A stretch of 64,000 nt of DNA from Squalus acanthias (taxonomy: Eukaryota). A program made the position numbers and the translations under genes. The notes beneath the pieces are model-generated. The model did no database searches and was not told the DNA's origin. It saw only the letters and a program-made list of their open reading frames with translations. Below are positions 27,706 to 40,718 of this stretch, piece by piece; within the stretch, counting starts at the first letter, position 1; every line of letters starts with the position of its first letter. The stretch spans positions 744,001 to 808,000 of the forward strand of contig JASTWF010000123.1 in assembly GCA_030390025.1 (NCBI GenBank). The letters are read 5' to 3'.

Positions 27706-28907
27706 CGATGTTGTGGCAATAACGGAAAGTGGCTTAAAAACGGTGAGGACTGGGCACTTAATATTCAAGAGTACAAGGTGTTCAGAAAAGATAGGGAAGG
27801 AAAAAAGGGAGGTGGGGGTGGCAGTGCTGATTAAGGAAGACATTGTAGTGTTGGAAAGGGAGGATGTTCTTGAGGGGACAAGGACAGAATCCATTTTGTT
27901 AGATTGTGGAGCAAAAAGGGTATGATCACGCTATTGGGGTTATTCTATAGGCCTCCAAATAGTGAGAGAGGTGTAGAGGAGCAAATCTGCAGGGAAATCG
28001 CAGAGATATGCAAGCGCTATAGAGTGGTGATATTGGGGGACTTTAATTACCCAAATATCGATTGGGATAATGCTAGGGTAAAGTGAAAGGAGGGGGATGA
28101 ATTTCTGAAATGTGTTCAGGAGAATTTCCTTGACCAATATGTTCTTGGCTCAACTAGGAAGGAGGCATTGCTGGATCTGGTGCTGGGGATTGAGGTGGGC
28201 CAGGTCGACCGAGTGTCTGAGGGGGAACACTTGGGTATGAGTGATCATCATATCATAAGATTTAGATTATCAATGGAGAGGAGCAAGGAACAATCTAGAG
28301 TGGTACTTCTGAACTGGAATAGGGCTAACTTCAATGGGATGCAAAAGGATCTAGCCAGGGTAAAATGGAACCAAAGACTGACAGGAAAAACTGTAACGGA
28401 ACAATGGGTGATCTTCAAGGAGGAGATGTTCCAAGTACAGGCTAGGTACATTCCAACAAGAGGGAAGGGTAAGGGAACCAAAGCAAGGGCTCCTTGGATG
28501 ACGAGCGACATAGAGAAGATGATGAAACAAAAAAAGAGGGTGTATGATGCATGTCAGGTGAATTCTTCAAGGGAGAACCAGACCAAATAGAATAAGTTGA
28601 GAGGGGATGTGAAGATGAAAATAAGATTGACAAAGAGAGAATATGAGAGTAGAATGGCGGTTAACATATAGGGAACCCAAAAATCTTCTACCGGCATCTA
28701 AACAGTAAGCGAGTAGTAAGAGACGGAGTGGGGCCTATTAGAGATAAAGAAGGTGATATATGCTTAGAGACACAGGGCAAGGCTAGAATACGCAATGAGT
28801 ACTTTGTATCGGTGTTTACTAAGGAGGTGGAGGTAACAAAATATCGGTAGAAGTGGAAAAGGTAGAAGCAATGGCAGGGGTGAAAATTGATAGACAGGAT
28901 GTACTAA

Positions 28908-30049
28908 GCGTGCAAAGTTAAAGCACATGGGATTGGGGGTAAGGTACTGACTTGGATAGAAAACTGGTTAGCAGACAGGAAGCAAAGTGTTGGAATAAAT
29001 GGGTCTTTTTCCGAGTGGCAGACAGTGACTAGTGGGGTACCACAGGGATCAGTGCGAGGACCCCAGTTATTCACAATATGTATTAATGATCTAGACGAGG
29101 GAACGAGATGTAATATCTCCAAGTTTGCAGACGACACAAAGCTGGGTGGGCGTGTGTGCTGTGAGGAGGATGCAGAGAAACTCCAGTATGATTTGGACAG
29201 GTTGGGTGATTGGGCAGATGCATGGCAGATGCAGTATAATGTGGATAAATGCGAGGTTATCCACTTTGGTGGCAAAAACAGGAAGGCAGGTTATTATCTG
29301 AATGGCAATAGATTTGGAAATGGGGAAGTGCAACGAGACCTGGGTGTCCTTGTGCACCAGTCGCTGAAGGTAAGCATGCAGGTGCAGCAGGCGGTTAAGA
29401 AGGCAAATGGTATGTTGGCCTTCATAGCGAGAGGATTCGAGTACAGGAGCAAAGATGTTTTACTGCAGTTGTACAGGGCCTTGGTGAGACCACACCTTGA
29501 GTATTGTGTGCAGTTTTGGTCGCCTTATCTGAGGAAGGATGTTCTTGCCATGGAGGGAGTGCAGCGAAGATTCACCAGACTGATACCTGGGATGGCAGGA
29601 ATGACGTATGAAGAGAGATTTGGTCGATTAGGCTTATATTCGCTAGAGTTTAGAAGAATGAGAGGGGATCTCATTGAAACTTATAAAATTCTAACAGGAC
29701 TAGACAGACTAGATGCAGGAAGGATGTTCCCGATGGTGGGGCAGTCCAGAACCAGGGGTCACAGTCTGAGGATAAGGGGTAAGACATTTAGGACTGAGAT
29801 GAGGAGGAATTTCTTCACCCAGAGAGTGGGGAACCTGTGGAATTCTCTACCACAGAAGACAGTTGAGTCCAATTCATTAAATATATTCAAGAAGGAGTTA
29901 GATATATTTCTTCAGGCTAAGGGGATCAAGGGATATGGGGAGAAAGCAGGGACAGGGTACTGAATTTGGATGATCAGCCATGATCTCATTAAATGGCGGA
30001 ACAGGCTGGAGGGGCCGAATGGCCTACTCCTGCTCCTATCTTCTATGTT
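28908..30049 (+). mobile_element. Younger 5'-truncated CR1 nested in the older CR1
   Basis: Open RT C-terminus (GVPQGS, FADDTK; ORF 29025-29963) and 3' UTR. Target-site duplication TACTAA at 28902-28907 and 30050-30055. Same family as 35317-38432. Confidence 0.9.
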
Positions 30050-31516
30050 TACTAAAAAGGTTGGGTATGCTGAGAGTGGACAAGTCGCCTGGTCCAGATG
30101 GCTTGCATTGCAGGTTGCTAAGGGAATTGGGGGAGGAGATAGCGGAAGGGCTTGCCATAATTTTCCAATCTTCCCTAGATGCGGGTGAGTTCCCTTAGGA
30201 TTTGAAAGTGGCAAATGTGACACCCTTGTTCAAGAAAGGGTGTAAGGACAATCCTAGTAACTGCAGGCCAGTCAGTTTAACATCAGTGGTGGGGAAAGTT
30301 TCAGAAACAATAATCAAGGAAAAAATTAACGGGCACTTGGAGAGGTTTAAGCTAATTAAGGAGAGCCAACATGGATTTGTAAAAGGCAGATCGTGTTTGA
30401 CTAATCTAATTGAATTTTTTGCTAAAGTAACAGAGAGGATTGATGAAGGGAATGCAATGGATATTGTCGACATGGATTTTCAGAAGGCGTTTGACATAGT
30501 GCCACATAGAATGCTGGTTAACAAAATTGAGGCTCATGGAATAGGTGGGTCAGTGGCAGCTTGGATAAGGAATTGGCTTCAGGACAGAAAACAGTGACTT
30601 GTGGTAAATGGCTGTTTTTCAGACTGTAGGATGGTAGGCAGTGGTGTTCCCCAATGGTCAGTGCTGGAGCCACTGCTTTTTTTGATATATATAAATGACC
30701 TAGATATTGGAATACAGAGTAGAATTTCGAAATTTACCAATGACACCAATTGACTGCAACAAGACATAGAAAGGCTAACAGAATGGGCAGACAAGTGGCA
30801 GATGGAATTTAATACAGAGAAGTGTGAGGTGATGCATTTTGGCAGAAGGAACAGGGAGAGGCAATATACACTTAATGGCACAGTTTTAAAGAGTGTGCAG
30901 GGACAGAGGGACCTGGGAGTTAATGTGCATAGGTTCCTGAAGTTGGCAGGACATATTGAGAGAGTGGTTAACAAAGCATATGGGATATTGAGCTTCATAA
31001 ATAGAGGTATTGAGTAGAAAAGTGGAGAAGTTATGCTGAACCTTTATAAAGCGCTGGTTAGGCCACAACTGGAGCATTGCGTCCAGTTCTGGTCACCACA
31101 CTTTTGGAAGGATGTGAAGGCCCTTGAGAGGGTGCAGAGGAGATTTACCAGAATGGTTCCGGGGATGGGGGTTCTTAGCTACAAGGACAGGTTGGCAAAG
31201 CTGGATTTGTTTTCATTGGAGCAAAGGAGGTTGAGGGGTGATTTGACAGAGGTGTACAAGATTATGACGGGTTTGGATGGGCTGGATGGGGAAAGGCTGT
31301 TCCCACTAGTTGATGGTACAAGGACTAGGGGACACAGATTTAAGGTTTTGGGCAAGAGGTACAGGGGGGATGTGAGGAAAAACTTTTTTGCGCAGCGAGT
31401 GGTGATGACCTGGAATTCACTGCCGACGGAAGTGGTGGAAGCGGAGACACTCAATGTTTTCAAGGGGAGACTGGATAGGCACTTGAGGGAAATAAACTTG
31501 CAGGGCTACAACTCTA

Positions 31517-31966
31517 TGACAGGTGGTCTGTCCTTATTCTAGGCGATGCAGCCGAAAGGACAGGTGGTCTGTCCTTATTCTAGGAGATGGACCCGAAAGG
31601 ACAGGCGGTCTGTCCTTATTCTAGGAGATGGGGCCTAAAGGACAGGCGATCTGCCCTTATTCTAGGAGATGGGGCCTAAAGGACAGGTGGTCTGTCCTTA
31701 TTCTAGGAGATGGGGCATAAAGGACAGGCAAGCTGCCCTTATTCTAGGAGATGGATTCTAAAGGACAGGTGGTCTGTCCTTACTCTACGAGATGGATTCT
31801 AAAGGACAGGCGGTCTGTCCTTACTCTAGGAGATGGATTCTAAAGGACAGGCGGTCTGTCCTTATTGCAGCAGATGGGGCCTAAAGGACAGGTGGTCTGT
31901 CCTTATTCTAGGAGATGCGGCCTAAAGGACAGGCGGTCTGTCCTTATTCTAGGAGATGGGGCCTAC
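31517..31966. repeat. 41-bp minisatellite, continuation of 24345-25332
   Basis: Same unit and orientation, resuming directly after the CR1 3' end. Confidence 0.93.
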
Positions 31967-32325
31967 AGAATAAGCCCTCTGTTGGGCTCAGGGCCACGGG
32001 CACAGAGCACTCTGTTGGACAGGTTCACAGCTGGTGACCTGAGTGTTTCTGAATCCTCTTTGATTTCCCTGCCCTCGCCCAGAAGCATTGCCCCAAGTTC
32101 CCAGCACTCTCTGTCACCAGCGCTGCTGAATCGAGTCCCTCAGGACAGGAGAAAAGAGAAAAGGTTCAGAGTTGCAGAGGTTGTGAAGGGCCCCACACTG
32201 CACTGTTAGTCGGTTCCTGGTGTGATAGAGTCAGATAATAAGATGTGGTGATAAATTAAAGGTAAAACTGTGGGATTTATGGGATGTCTCAGTTGCTGCT
32301 CATTTGATAGTCAAAGTCTGGTTAC

Positions 32326-32468
32326 CTTGACAACAGTGACGAAGGTGCTGTAGAGGAAACTCAGAATAAACAGAATGGCGAAGGTAGCAACTGTTAGCAC
32401 GTTGTCGTCTCCATCCCAATCTCCCACTTCTTCCTTCCCTTCCTCTCCTGCCACGTCTGTCGGGATTT
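32326..32468 (-). CDS. IgW: IgW transmembrane exon 1
   Basis: aatttcag|AA ATC... translates as (E)IPTDVAGEEGKEEVGDWDGDDNVLTVATFAILFILSFLYSTFVTVVK|gtaacc. Acidic spacer plus the antigen-receptor TM motif F..LF.LS..YST.VT. Confidence 0.95.
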
Positions 32469-32604
32469 CTGAAATTAATGAGGAATTGGGGCTGTTAGAG
32501 TTTCCTGTGGATGTTTCATGAAGGTCAACATCTCAATAGTTTGAAGATAACACAGTGAGTGGGAGGTCACGGTGGAGCGGCACTGGGAGCAGTGAATCAT
32601 TAGA

Positions 32605-32805
32605 AAGTCTCTCTGTCTGTCTCTTTTTCAGCCTGTCTCTATCTCTTTCTCGGTCTGTCTCTGTCTCTAATTCCATCTCCCTCTGTGTCTCGGTCTCTCT
32701 GCCTCTCTCTGTCTGTCTCTTCCCCCTCTCTCTCTCACTGATTCTCTCTCCCTCACTGTCTCGCTCATTGTTTCATCCCTCTTTCTCTCACTCACTGTTT
32801 CTCTT
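32605..32805. repeat. Degenerate (CT/GT)n microsatellite
   Basis: Direct inspection. Confidence 0.8.
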
Positions 32806-33008
32806 AGAGTCCTACACAAACAAACGACAGATGGACCTTAAATCGGTTCCAAAACCTCAGTCCTTCCCTCTCCCCACTTGATTCTCCACTTGCCTTTTGG
32901 ATTATCCAATCTACCAGCTCAACCACACGAGTTGCCGACTCCTTGACCCGAATAACAACAGTCACTGACCCACAAACAAACCCATTGAGTTCAAAGCACT
33001 CTGAGAGT

Positions 33009-33300
33009 GGCAACACGGTGGCATAGTGGTTAGCACTGTTGCCTCACAGCGCCAGGGACCCGGGTTTGAATCCGGCCCCAGGTGACTGTCTGTGTGGAGT
33101 TTGCACATTCTCCCCGTGTCTGCGTGGGTTTCCTCCGGGTGCTCCAGTTTCCTCCCACAATCCAAAGATGTGCGGGTTAGGTTGATTTGGCTATGATAAA
33201 TTGACCCTTCGTGTGTTAGGGGGGATTAAATATGTGGGATTACAGGGATAGGGTGGGATATGTTGGCCGAAATGGCCTCTATCTGCACTGTGGGGATTCT
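33009..33300 (+). mobile_element. tRNA-derived V-SINE (HE1-like)
   Basis: A box TGGCATAGTGG, B-box-like GGTTTGAATCC, and V-domain core TGTGTGGAGTTTGCACATTCTCCCCGTGTCTGCGTGGGTTTCCTCCGGGTGCTCC. Confidence 0.88.
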
Positions 33301-33894
33301 GTGATGGATTCTGTGAGATTATCCCCATAACCAGGATGAGCTGCTTTGTAACTTTAAATATTTCTGATTCTCTGGTTTTATGTAAAGTTTTAATCAAGAT
33401 AAGATTTTCTGAGGCTACATTAAATGAGCTTGTAAATTGGAAGGAGTCACCAGATACAACACTGAGCACCTCCTCTCAATGACACAAACTCTTGTGAGTG
33501 GTGATGTGAGCGAGTGAGGGATCGAATGGGATGTGAAGGCCTGCGATTCACGGCTCACTGTGATGTAATGAGGGAAGTAATCCAGTGAGGGTCAGTGTGC
33601 AAACATGAGGGGATCTTTCAGCCTCATTGACACCGAGCCCTCTGTCATTGTGATACTATTAACTACGGTTTTCCGCAGGATAGTTTCATTGTCAAGAGTT
33701 ATGGCCCCGGTGAGATTTACTTTGAGTGCTGACAGACAGACGTTTAACTGCACCATTGGTTTAGAAAAGTTACCAATGTCTAGACACGCCTCTTCTTGTA
33801 TTCAGCCTCACGCAGCCACACCTGATTGAGCAGCACCGAGGTGCCTGAGCACAGGGACCCCCTCAAACAGGGACCCCCTCGCCTGACACGGATG

Positions 33895-34225
33895 CCAGCT
33901 GTGGTTCAGTGGGTAGCACTCTCGCCTCTGGGTCAGAAGGTTGTGGGTTCAAGTTCCCTTCCGGGACTTGAGCCCATAATCTAGGCTGACATTCCAGTGC
34001 AGTACTGAGGAAGTGCTGCAGTGTCGGAGGTGCCGTCTTTTGGATGAGACGTTAATCGGAGGCCCCTCGGTTGGATGTAAATGATCCCACTGCACTATTG
34101 GAAGAAGAGCAGGGGAGTTCTCCGCAGCGTCCTGTGCCAATATTTATCCCTCGACCAACAGCTAAAAACAGATGATCTGGTCATCATCACGTTTCTTATT
34201 GTGGGAACTTGCTGTGCGCAAATTG
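33895..34225 (+). mobile_element. tRNA-derived DeuSINE (SacSINE1-like)
   Basis: TGGTTCAGTGG...GGTTCAAGT head, and a core shared with copies at 40130-40570, 48275-48625 and 49410-49790. Confidence 0.75.
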
Positions 34226-34537
34226 GAATTGCTCGACAAAGAAAGACCAAGGTCCATCTAGTTCCCCTTCTGCCATCCTGGGAGTCGTGTGAAACAATGA
34301 TAATGGAGTTGTTGAGTAATCACAGCAATCAATCTCTTATTCATTAGTCTACAACTAATCCAGACATGAGGCGAAGAAACCCCAGTGATGCTGAGCTTTT
34401 GTAACCATAGGTTCAAAGTCAGCTGTTCCTCCCCAGCATGTTACACTTAGCACACCTCATGTCCCAAGTTACTCATTTACTGTCTCCCAAAACACAGCAA
34501 CAATGAACACCCAAAACTGAAACCTTTTCACATCTCG

Positions 34538-34543
34538 TTTATT
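34538..34543 (-). promoter_or_regulatory. Polyadenylation signal of the long secretory form
   Basis: AATAAA about 330 nt after the CH6 tailpiece stop codon. Confidence 0.65.
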
Positions 34544-34872
34544 GAAATTGGATCAGTACATTGACACTTTGCTACACAATTTAACCCTTCGTGGGGTCTC
34601 ACAGGTTTCAAACTTGATCAAACGCAGCACAAAAAAGTTTCAAAAGGAACTCCAGACCTTCAGAGATTTGGAGAAAATGATGTTTGTTGCCTGATTTGAT
34701 TGTTGAATATACATTTTTTTCTCAATGACTGAAGGAGGCCTGATTTTGATCACGTTTTAAGTGTTCTACTACCAGAAGGGAGATTTAATCGTGATCACAA
34801 CAACCCTCTGGTAGGGTTAACCATCCATTTACTGGGGTCATATATATGGGGGACTGATTAAATCAGTAGATG

Positions 34873-35258
34873 TTATAAACAGGATTTAAAGCTATCGGTT
34901 AGAACAAGTGAGACGTTGACCAGGGTGGGTTTGCTGTGAGATTTATTGATGCTCCTGAACAGATTTGTTGTGACCGACTCGTGTCCCACCACACAGGAGA
35001 AAGTGGTGCTGCTGTTCCACTGGTCTGCGGGGACCGTCAACCGACTGGCCGCAGAGTTCCAGCCATTTTTGCTGTCCTCGGTCACCGGCTGGGTCGTGAA
35101 CCCCGACTTCAGAAGGGTATCGTTGGCCATCCAGGCCATGTAGATCTCTGCGAGGGCGAATCTGGTGACCAGACACACCAGGGTCGCCGTCTGATCCGTC
35201 TCCATCTCATCTGGTGAAGGGGGGAGGAGGTAGACTTGAGGGCGAGTCTTAGCGCCAA
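34873..35258 (-). CDS. IgW: IgW CH6 exon with long-form secretory tailpiece
   Basis: tttccag|TT. Translation (V)GAKTRPQVYLLPPS...LVCLV...W...FSCVVGHES...KPTLVNVSLVLTDSFKSCL*. C1-set Cys/Trp/Cys pattern, tailpiece NVS glycosylation site and penultimate Cys. Confidence 0.95.
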
Positions 35259-35316
35259 CTGGAAACCGAGACAACCTTGGTTAGACTAAGTCTTTCACTC
35301 ATCCTGTATTTATGTC

Positions 35317-38300
35317 CTAGGGGGAGTGTTTGCTAGTGCTGTTGGGGAGGGTTTAAACTAAAGTGGCAGGGGGTTGGGAACCAGAGCAGGGAGACAGAGG
35401 AAAGGGAAACAAGGATAAAAGCAAAAGACAGGAAGGAGAAAAACAAAAGTAGAAGGCAAAGAACTCAACGGTTTAAATCAAACATGGTCACAGTAAATAA
35501 TAATTCATATAGGTCTGAGAGCGTTAAAAAAACAAGCCTGAAGGCTTTGTGTCTTAATGCAAGGAGCATTCGGAACAAGGTGGATGAATTAGCTGCGCAA
35601 ATAGAGGTAAATGAATACGATTTGATTGGGATTACAGAAACATGGCTCCAGGGTGGCCAAGGCTGGGAACTCAACATCCAGGGTTATTCAATATTTAGGA
35701 AAGATAGGCAAAAAAGAAAGGGAGGTGGGGTAGCATTGCTGGTTAAAGAGGGGATTAACACAATTGAAAGGAAGGATATTAGCTCTGATGATGCGGAATC
35801 TGTATGGGTAGAACTGAGAAATAACAAGGGGCAGAAAACGTTAGTGGGAGTGGTATATAGACCTCCAAACAGTAATACGGAGGTTGGGGACGGCATTAAA
35901 AGGGAAATTAGAGAAGCATGCAGTAAGGGCACAGCAGTCATCATGGGTGACTTTAATTTACATATAGATTGGGCTAACCAAATCAGTAAAAATACTGTGG
36001 AGGAGGAATTCCTAGAATGTTTACGGGATGGTTTTCTGGAACAATATGTCGAGGAACCAACCAGAGATCAGGCCATCTTAGACTGGGTATTATGTAACGA
36101 GAAAGGATTAATTAGCAATCTTGTTGTACGAGGCCCCTTGGGTCAGAGTGATCATAATATGATAGAATTCTTCATTAGGATGGAGAGTGAAGTAGTTGAA
36201 TCAGAGACTAGGGTCCTGAATTTAAATAAAGGAAACTACGATGGTATGAGGCGCGAATTGGGTATGATTGATTGGGGAATGTCACTCAAAGGGTTGACGG
36301 TGGATAGGCAATGGCAAACATTCAAAGACTGCATGGATGAACTACAGAATTTGTTCATCCCAGTGTGGCATAAGAATAAAACAAAAAGGGTGACTCAACC
36401 GTGGCTAACAAGGGAAATTAGGGAGAGCATAAGATCCAAGGAGAGGGCATATAAATTGGCCAGAAAAAGCCTGAGGATTGGGAGCAGTTTAGGATTCAAC
36501 AAAGGAGGACAAAGGGATTAATTAAGAAGGGGAAAATAGAATATGAAAGTAAGCTTTCTGGGAACATAAAAACTGACTGTAAGAGCTTTTATAGATATGT
36601 GAAGAGAAAAAGATTAGTGAAATCAAGTGTAGGTCCCTTGCAGTCAGAAGCGGGGGAAGTTATAATGGGTAACAAAGAAATGGCTGACCAATTAAATGCA
36701 TATTTTGGTTCTGTCTTCACAAAGGAGGACACAAATAACCTCCCAGAGATGTTGGAGAACATACGGTCTGATGAAAGGGAGGAACTGAAAGAAATCAGTA
36801 TTTGCAGGGAAATGGTGTTAGGGAAATTGACGGGATTGAAGGCCGATAAATCCCCAGGGCCTGATAATCGACATCCTAGGGTACTTAAGGAAGTGGCCCT
36901 AGAAATAGTAGATGCATTGCTGATCATCTTCCAACATTCGATGGAATCTGGAACAGTACCCATGGATTGGAGGGTAGCTAATGTTACCCCACTATTCAAA
37001 AAGGGTGGTAGAGAGAAAGCGGGGAATTACAGACCGGTAAGCCTGACATCGGTAGTGGGGAAAATGCTAGAGTCCATTATAAAGGATATAATAGCTGAGC
37101 ACTTGAAAAACAGTGACAGGATCGGACAAAGTCAATATGGATTTACAAAAGGTAAATCGTGCTTGACTAATCTACTGGAATTTTTTGAGGATGTAACTGG
37201 GAAAATAGATAAGGGAGAACCAGTAGATGTGGTGTATTTGGACTTTCAAAAGGCTTTCGATAAGGTCCCGCATAAGAGATTAGCGTGTAAAGTTAAGGCA
37301 CATGGGATTGGGGGCAAGGTATCGACTTGGATAGAGAACTGGTTGGCGGACAGAAAGCAGAGAGTAGGAATTAATGGGTCTTTTTCCGAGTGGCAAGCAG
37401 TGACTAGTGGGGTACCGCAGGGATCGGTCCTTGGACCCCAGCTATTCACAATATACATTAATGATCTAGACAAGGGAACTAAATGTAATATCTCCAAGTT
37501 TGCAGATGACACAAAGCTGGGTGGGAGTGTGTGCTGCGAGGAGGATACCGAGAAATTCCAGGATGATTTGGACAGGTTGGGTAAGTGGGCAGAAGTGTGG
37601 CAGATGCAATATAATGTGGATAAATGCGAGGTTATCCACTTTGATGTCAAAAACAGAAAGGCAGACTATTATCTGAATGGCAATAGATTGGGAGAAGGGG
37701 AAGTGCAACGAGACCTGGGTGTCCTTGTGCACCAGTCGCTGAAAGTAAGCATGCAGGTGCAGCAGGCGGTAAAGAAGGCAAATGGTATGTTGGCCTTCAT
37801 AGCGAAAGGGTTTGAGTATAGGAACAGGGATGTCCTGCTGCAGTTGTACAGGGCCTTGGTGAGACCACACCTTGAGTACTGTGTGCAGTTTTGGTCGCCT
37901 TATCTGAGGAAGGATGTTCTTGCCATGGAAGGAGTTCAGCGAAGATTCACAAGGCTGATACCTGGGATGGCAGGAATGACATATGAGGAGAGATTGGGTC
38001 GATTGGGCTTATATTCGCTGGAGTATAGAAGAATGAGAGGGGATCTCATCGAAACATATAAAATTCTGACAGGTCTGGACAAACTAGATGCAGGAAGAAT
38101 GTTCCCGATGGTCGGAGAGTCCAGAACCAGGGGTCATAATCTAAGGATAAGGGGTAAGCCATTTAGGACAGAAATGAGGAAGAATTTCTTCACCCAGAGA
38201 GTGGTGAACCTGTGGAATTCTCTACCACAGAAGGTAGTTGAGGCCAAGTCATTAAATATATTCAAGAATGAGTTAGCTATATTTCTTAAAGCTAAAGGTA

Positions 38301-38432
38301 TCCAGGGATATGGGGAGAAGGCAGTTACAGGGTACTGAGTTTGGATGATCAGCCATGATCTCATCGAATGGCGGAGCAGGCTCGAGGGGCCGAATGGCCT
38401 ACTCCTGCTCCTATCTTCTATGTTTCTATGTT
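35317..38432 (+). mobile_element. CR1 LINE with almost intact ORF2 (APE endonuclease + RT), in the CH5-CH6 intron
   Basis: ORFs 35484-36521 (NARSI, ITETW, GDFN, SDH) and 36599-38338 (RPVSLTS, DFQKAFD, GVPQGS, FADDTK), joined by a frameshift near 36470. Ends in TTCTATG-type repeats. Confidence 0.96.
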
Positions 38433-38659
38433 CTACTCTTACACAATCCTGGGGAATTTTTGCATCCCTAGGGACCCCGCCTATATCTGAAACTAAAGGC
38501 ATTTCTCTTTGTTTTTTTGGGGGGTTTGCGGTGGGGGAATCTTCAATCTTGCTGATTTTAGAACCTCCAGTGAGGTTACCCTGTTCAGTTTAAACATCTG
38601 GAGCCACTAAACAACTGGGACTCTGCAGAAGAAAGTGTCGAATGGTTATTAGGGACCAG

Positions 38660-39020
38660 GCTGTTCTTCGATTGATAGATTTAATCAAAGTTCTCAAAAT
38701 CATGAGGGGTTTCAATCGAGTAAATAAGGTCAGTAACCAGATGACACACATTTAAGATAACTGGCAAAAGAACCAGAGGGAAGATGAGGAGAATTTGTTT
38801 CACTCAGCGAGTTATGATGATCTGGAATGCACTGCCTGAAAGAGGGTGGTGGAGGCAGAATCAATAGTACCTTTCAAAAGAGAATTGGACATATTCGTGA
38901 AAAGGAGAATATTGCAGGGCTGTGGGGAAAGAGCAGATGGGGATAATTGGAGAGCTCCATCAAAGATCGGCACAGACACGATCGACCTAATGGCCTCATT
39001 CCGTGCTGTATGATTCGATG
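38660..39020 (+). mobile_element. Old CR1 3' fragment
   Basis: Degenerate ...FTQRV...WNALP... coding end and CR1-like 3' UTR. Confidence 0.65.
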
Positions 39021-39465
39021 AGAAACACCAGAGATCCACTTCCCAGCCCCTGCTTGCTGTTGTCAAGAGGTAGGCCCATGGACTTGCCTCCTCCTGTGCC
39101 GTCTGCTCCATGTCCCCTTCCTCTTAAGGGATTTGCTTGTCTTCAACCTACGCCTCAGACAGACAATCTCCCTCACCTTTCCAATGGCTGTCCTGACTCG
39201 GGCTCTTCCTAATGTTGTGAAAGCTGCTAATCCCTCTGCGTCTATCCCATCGACATGAACTCATCCCACGGGAGCCAGTGTGGTTTGGGGCGAGGCCATT
39301 GTGGCGATTTGGGATTTTTTCTGATCCATTTCTCAGCAGGGTTCGAGCATCTCCCAGTCTTTAACACACTCAGACACCCCGTGCTAGACAGCTTACCGCG
39401 AGATGGTAATAAATCGTTTCATTTGCTAAGATCAGACACACACACCGAGCTCCGTCCACACGTAC

Positions 39466-39786
39466 CTTGTGCCTTCTTGATTGACCTCTTCTCCGGCGTT
39501 GGCAAACTCTTGTCCTCCACCAAACACAAATACTCAACCCCACTCTCCCACTCTGCGACGGGGACCGTCAGTCTGCTGAAGATCATGTCTTTATCTCCAT
39601 TCCTCTCAGGCCCCTGAGTCTTCACCCCATCTTCTCTCTTGCTCCCGTCCACCTGCCAGGTTACCCTGACCCCCTCTAAATCACCGTGAAGCACCTCACA
39701 AAGAATGGTCGCCGTCCTGTTCCTCCAGATCTCTTCGAAGGGAGGCTTGCTTAAAGTGACCGAGATGCTGGTGTCCAAACATTCAT
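39466..39786 (-). CDS. IgW: IgW CH5 exon
   Basis: ttctcccag|AT. Translation (D)ECLDTSISVTLSKPPFEEIWRNRTATILCEV...VTW...EYLCLVEDKSLPTPEKRSIKKAQ, then G|gtacg. 321 nt, phase 1-1, open. Confidence 0.95.
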
Positions 39787-40129
39787 CTGGGAGAAATATT
39801 ACATTTATTATTTCATGATTCCCTGATAGGATGTGGGCATCGCTGGCAAGGCCAGCATTTCTTGCTCATCTCCAGAGATACAACTGAGTGGCTTGCTAGG
39901 CCCCTTCAGTGTGGGGCTGGAGTCACATGTCGGGCAGACTGGTTAAGGACAGCAAGTATCCTTCCCTAAAGGAACATTCGTGAACCAGTTGGATTTTCCG
40001 ACATTCCGACAGCTTCACGGTCACTTTTACTGATCGCAACTTTTTATTTCCAGTTTTTACTTTTTAAACTGAAATTCAAATTCTCAAACTTCCTTGGTGG
40101 GATTTGAACTCGGTTCTCTGGATTATTAA

Positions 40130-40570
40130 CTGTGTCAGTCTCAGCTCATTGGCAGCACCCTCTCCTCAATGTCAGAAGGTTGTGTATTGGAGCCCCACTC
40201 CAGAGACTTGAGCACGACACTCCCGGTACTGAGAGAGTGCAGCACTCTCGGACGTGTCGCCTTTCATATGAGACGTTAAACCGAGGCCCCGTCTGCCCTC
40301 TCAGGTGGACCAGAGAGGAGATACAGCCACTATTTTGAAGAAGAGCAGGGGAGATCTCCTCTGTGGCCTGGCCAATATTTATCCGTCAACCAACAGCACG
40401 AAAACAGATTATGTGGTCATCACCATATTGCTGTGTGCAAATTGCTTGACATGTTCCCTACATTACAACAGTGACTACACTGCAAAAAAAAATTACTTTG
40501 TTGGCCGTAAAGTGCTTTTGAACGTCCTGAGATTGTGAAAGGAGCAACATATATGCAATTGTTTCTTTCT
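40130..40570 (+). mobile_element. DeuSINE (SacSINE1-like) inserted in an older antisense SINE (about 39825-40630)
   Basis: Similar to 33895-34225 and 49410-49790. Confidence 0.65.
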
Positions 40571-40718
40571 TTGTCCAGGCCTCGGGATTACTAGTCCACG
40601 CACATAACCACGACATTACCACACCTATGTCATTAATGTTGAACTTGTCTGGCCCTAGTAGAGTTTATAGCAGTGGGGACAAAGGATGTCAATATTGGAG
40701 TGAGGCCCAGGAACCTAC

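Larger units (their letters stand above)
25333..31510 (+). mobile_element. Near full-length degenerate CR1 LINE (ORF1 Zn-finger + SGNH esterase; ORF2 APE + RT), host to two nested insertions
   Basis: ORF1 reads MAGQLSPVECTSC...CGKC, GDSIVRG, DGLHLN (25554-26494, with a stop and a frameshift). ORF2 pieces: YRPPN, GDFNYP, RPVSLTS, DFQKAFD, YKALVRPQLE. Confidence 0.92.

Noticed and set aside
33009-33080. tRNA gene
   Set aside because: The tRNA-like head continues into a V-SINE core, so it is a SINE.
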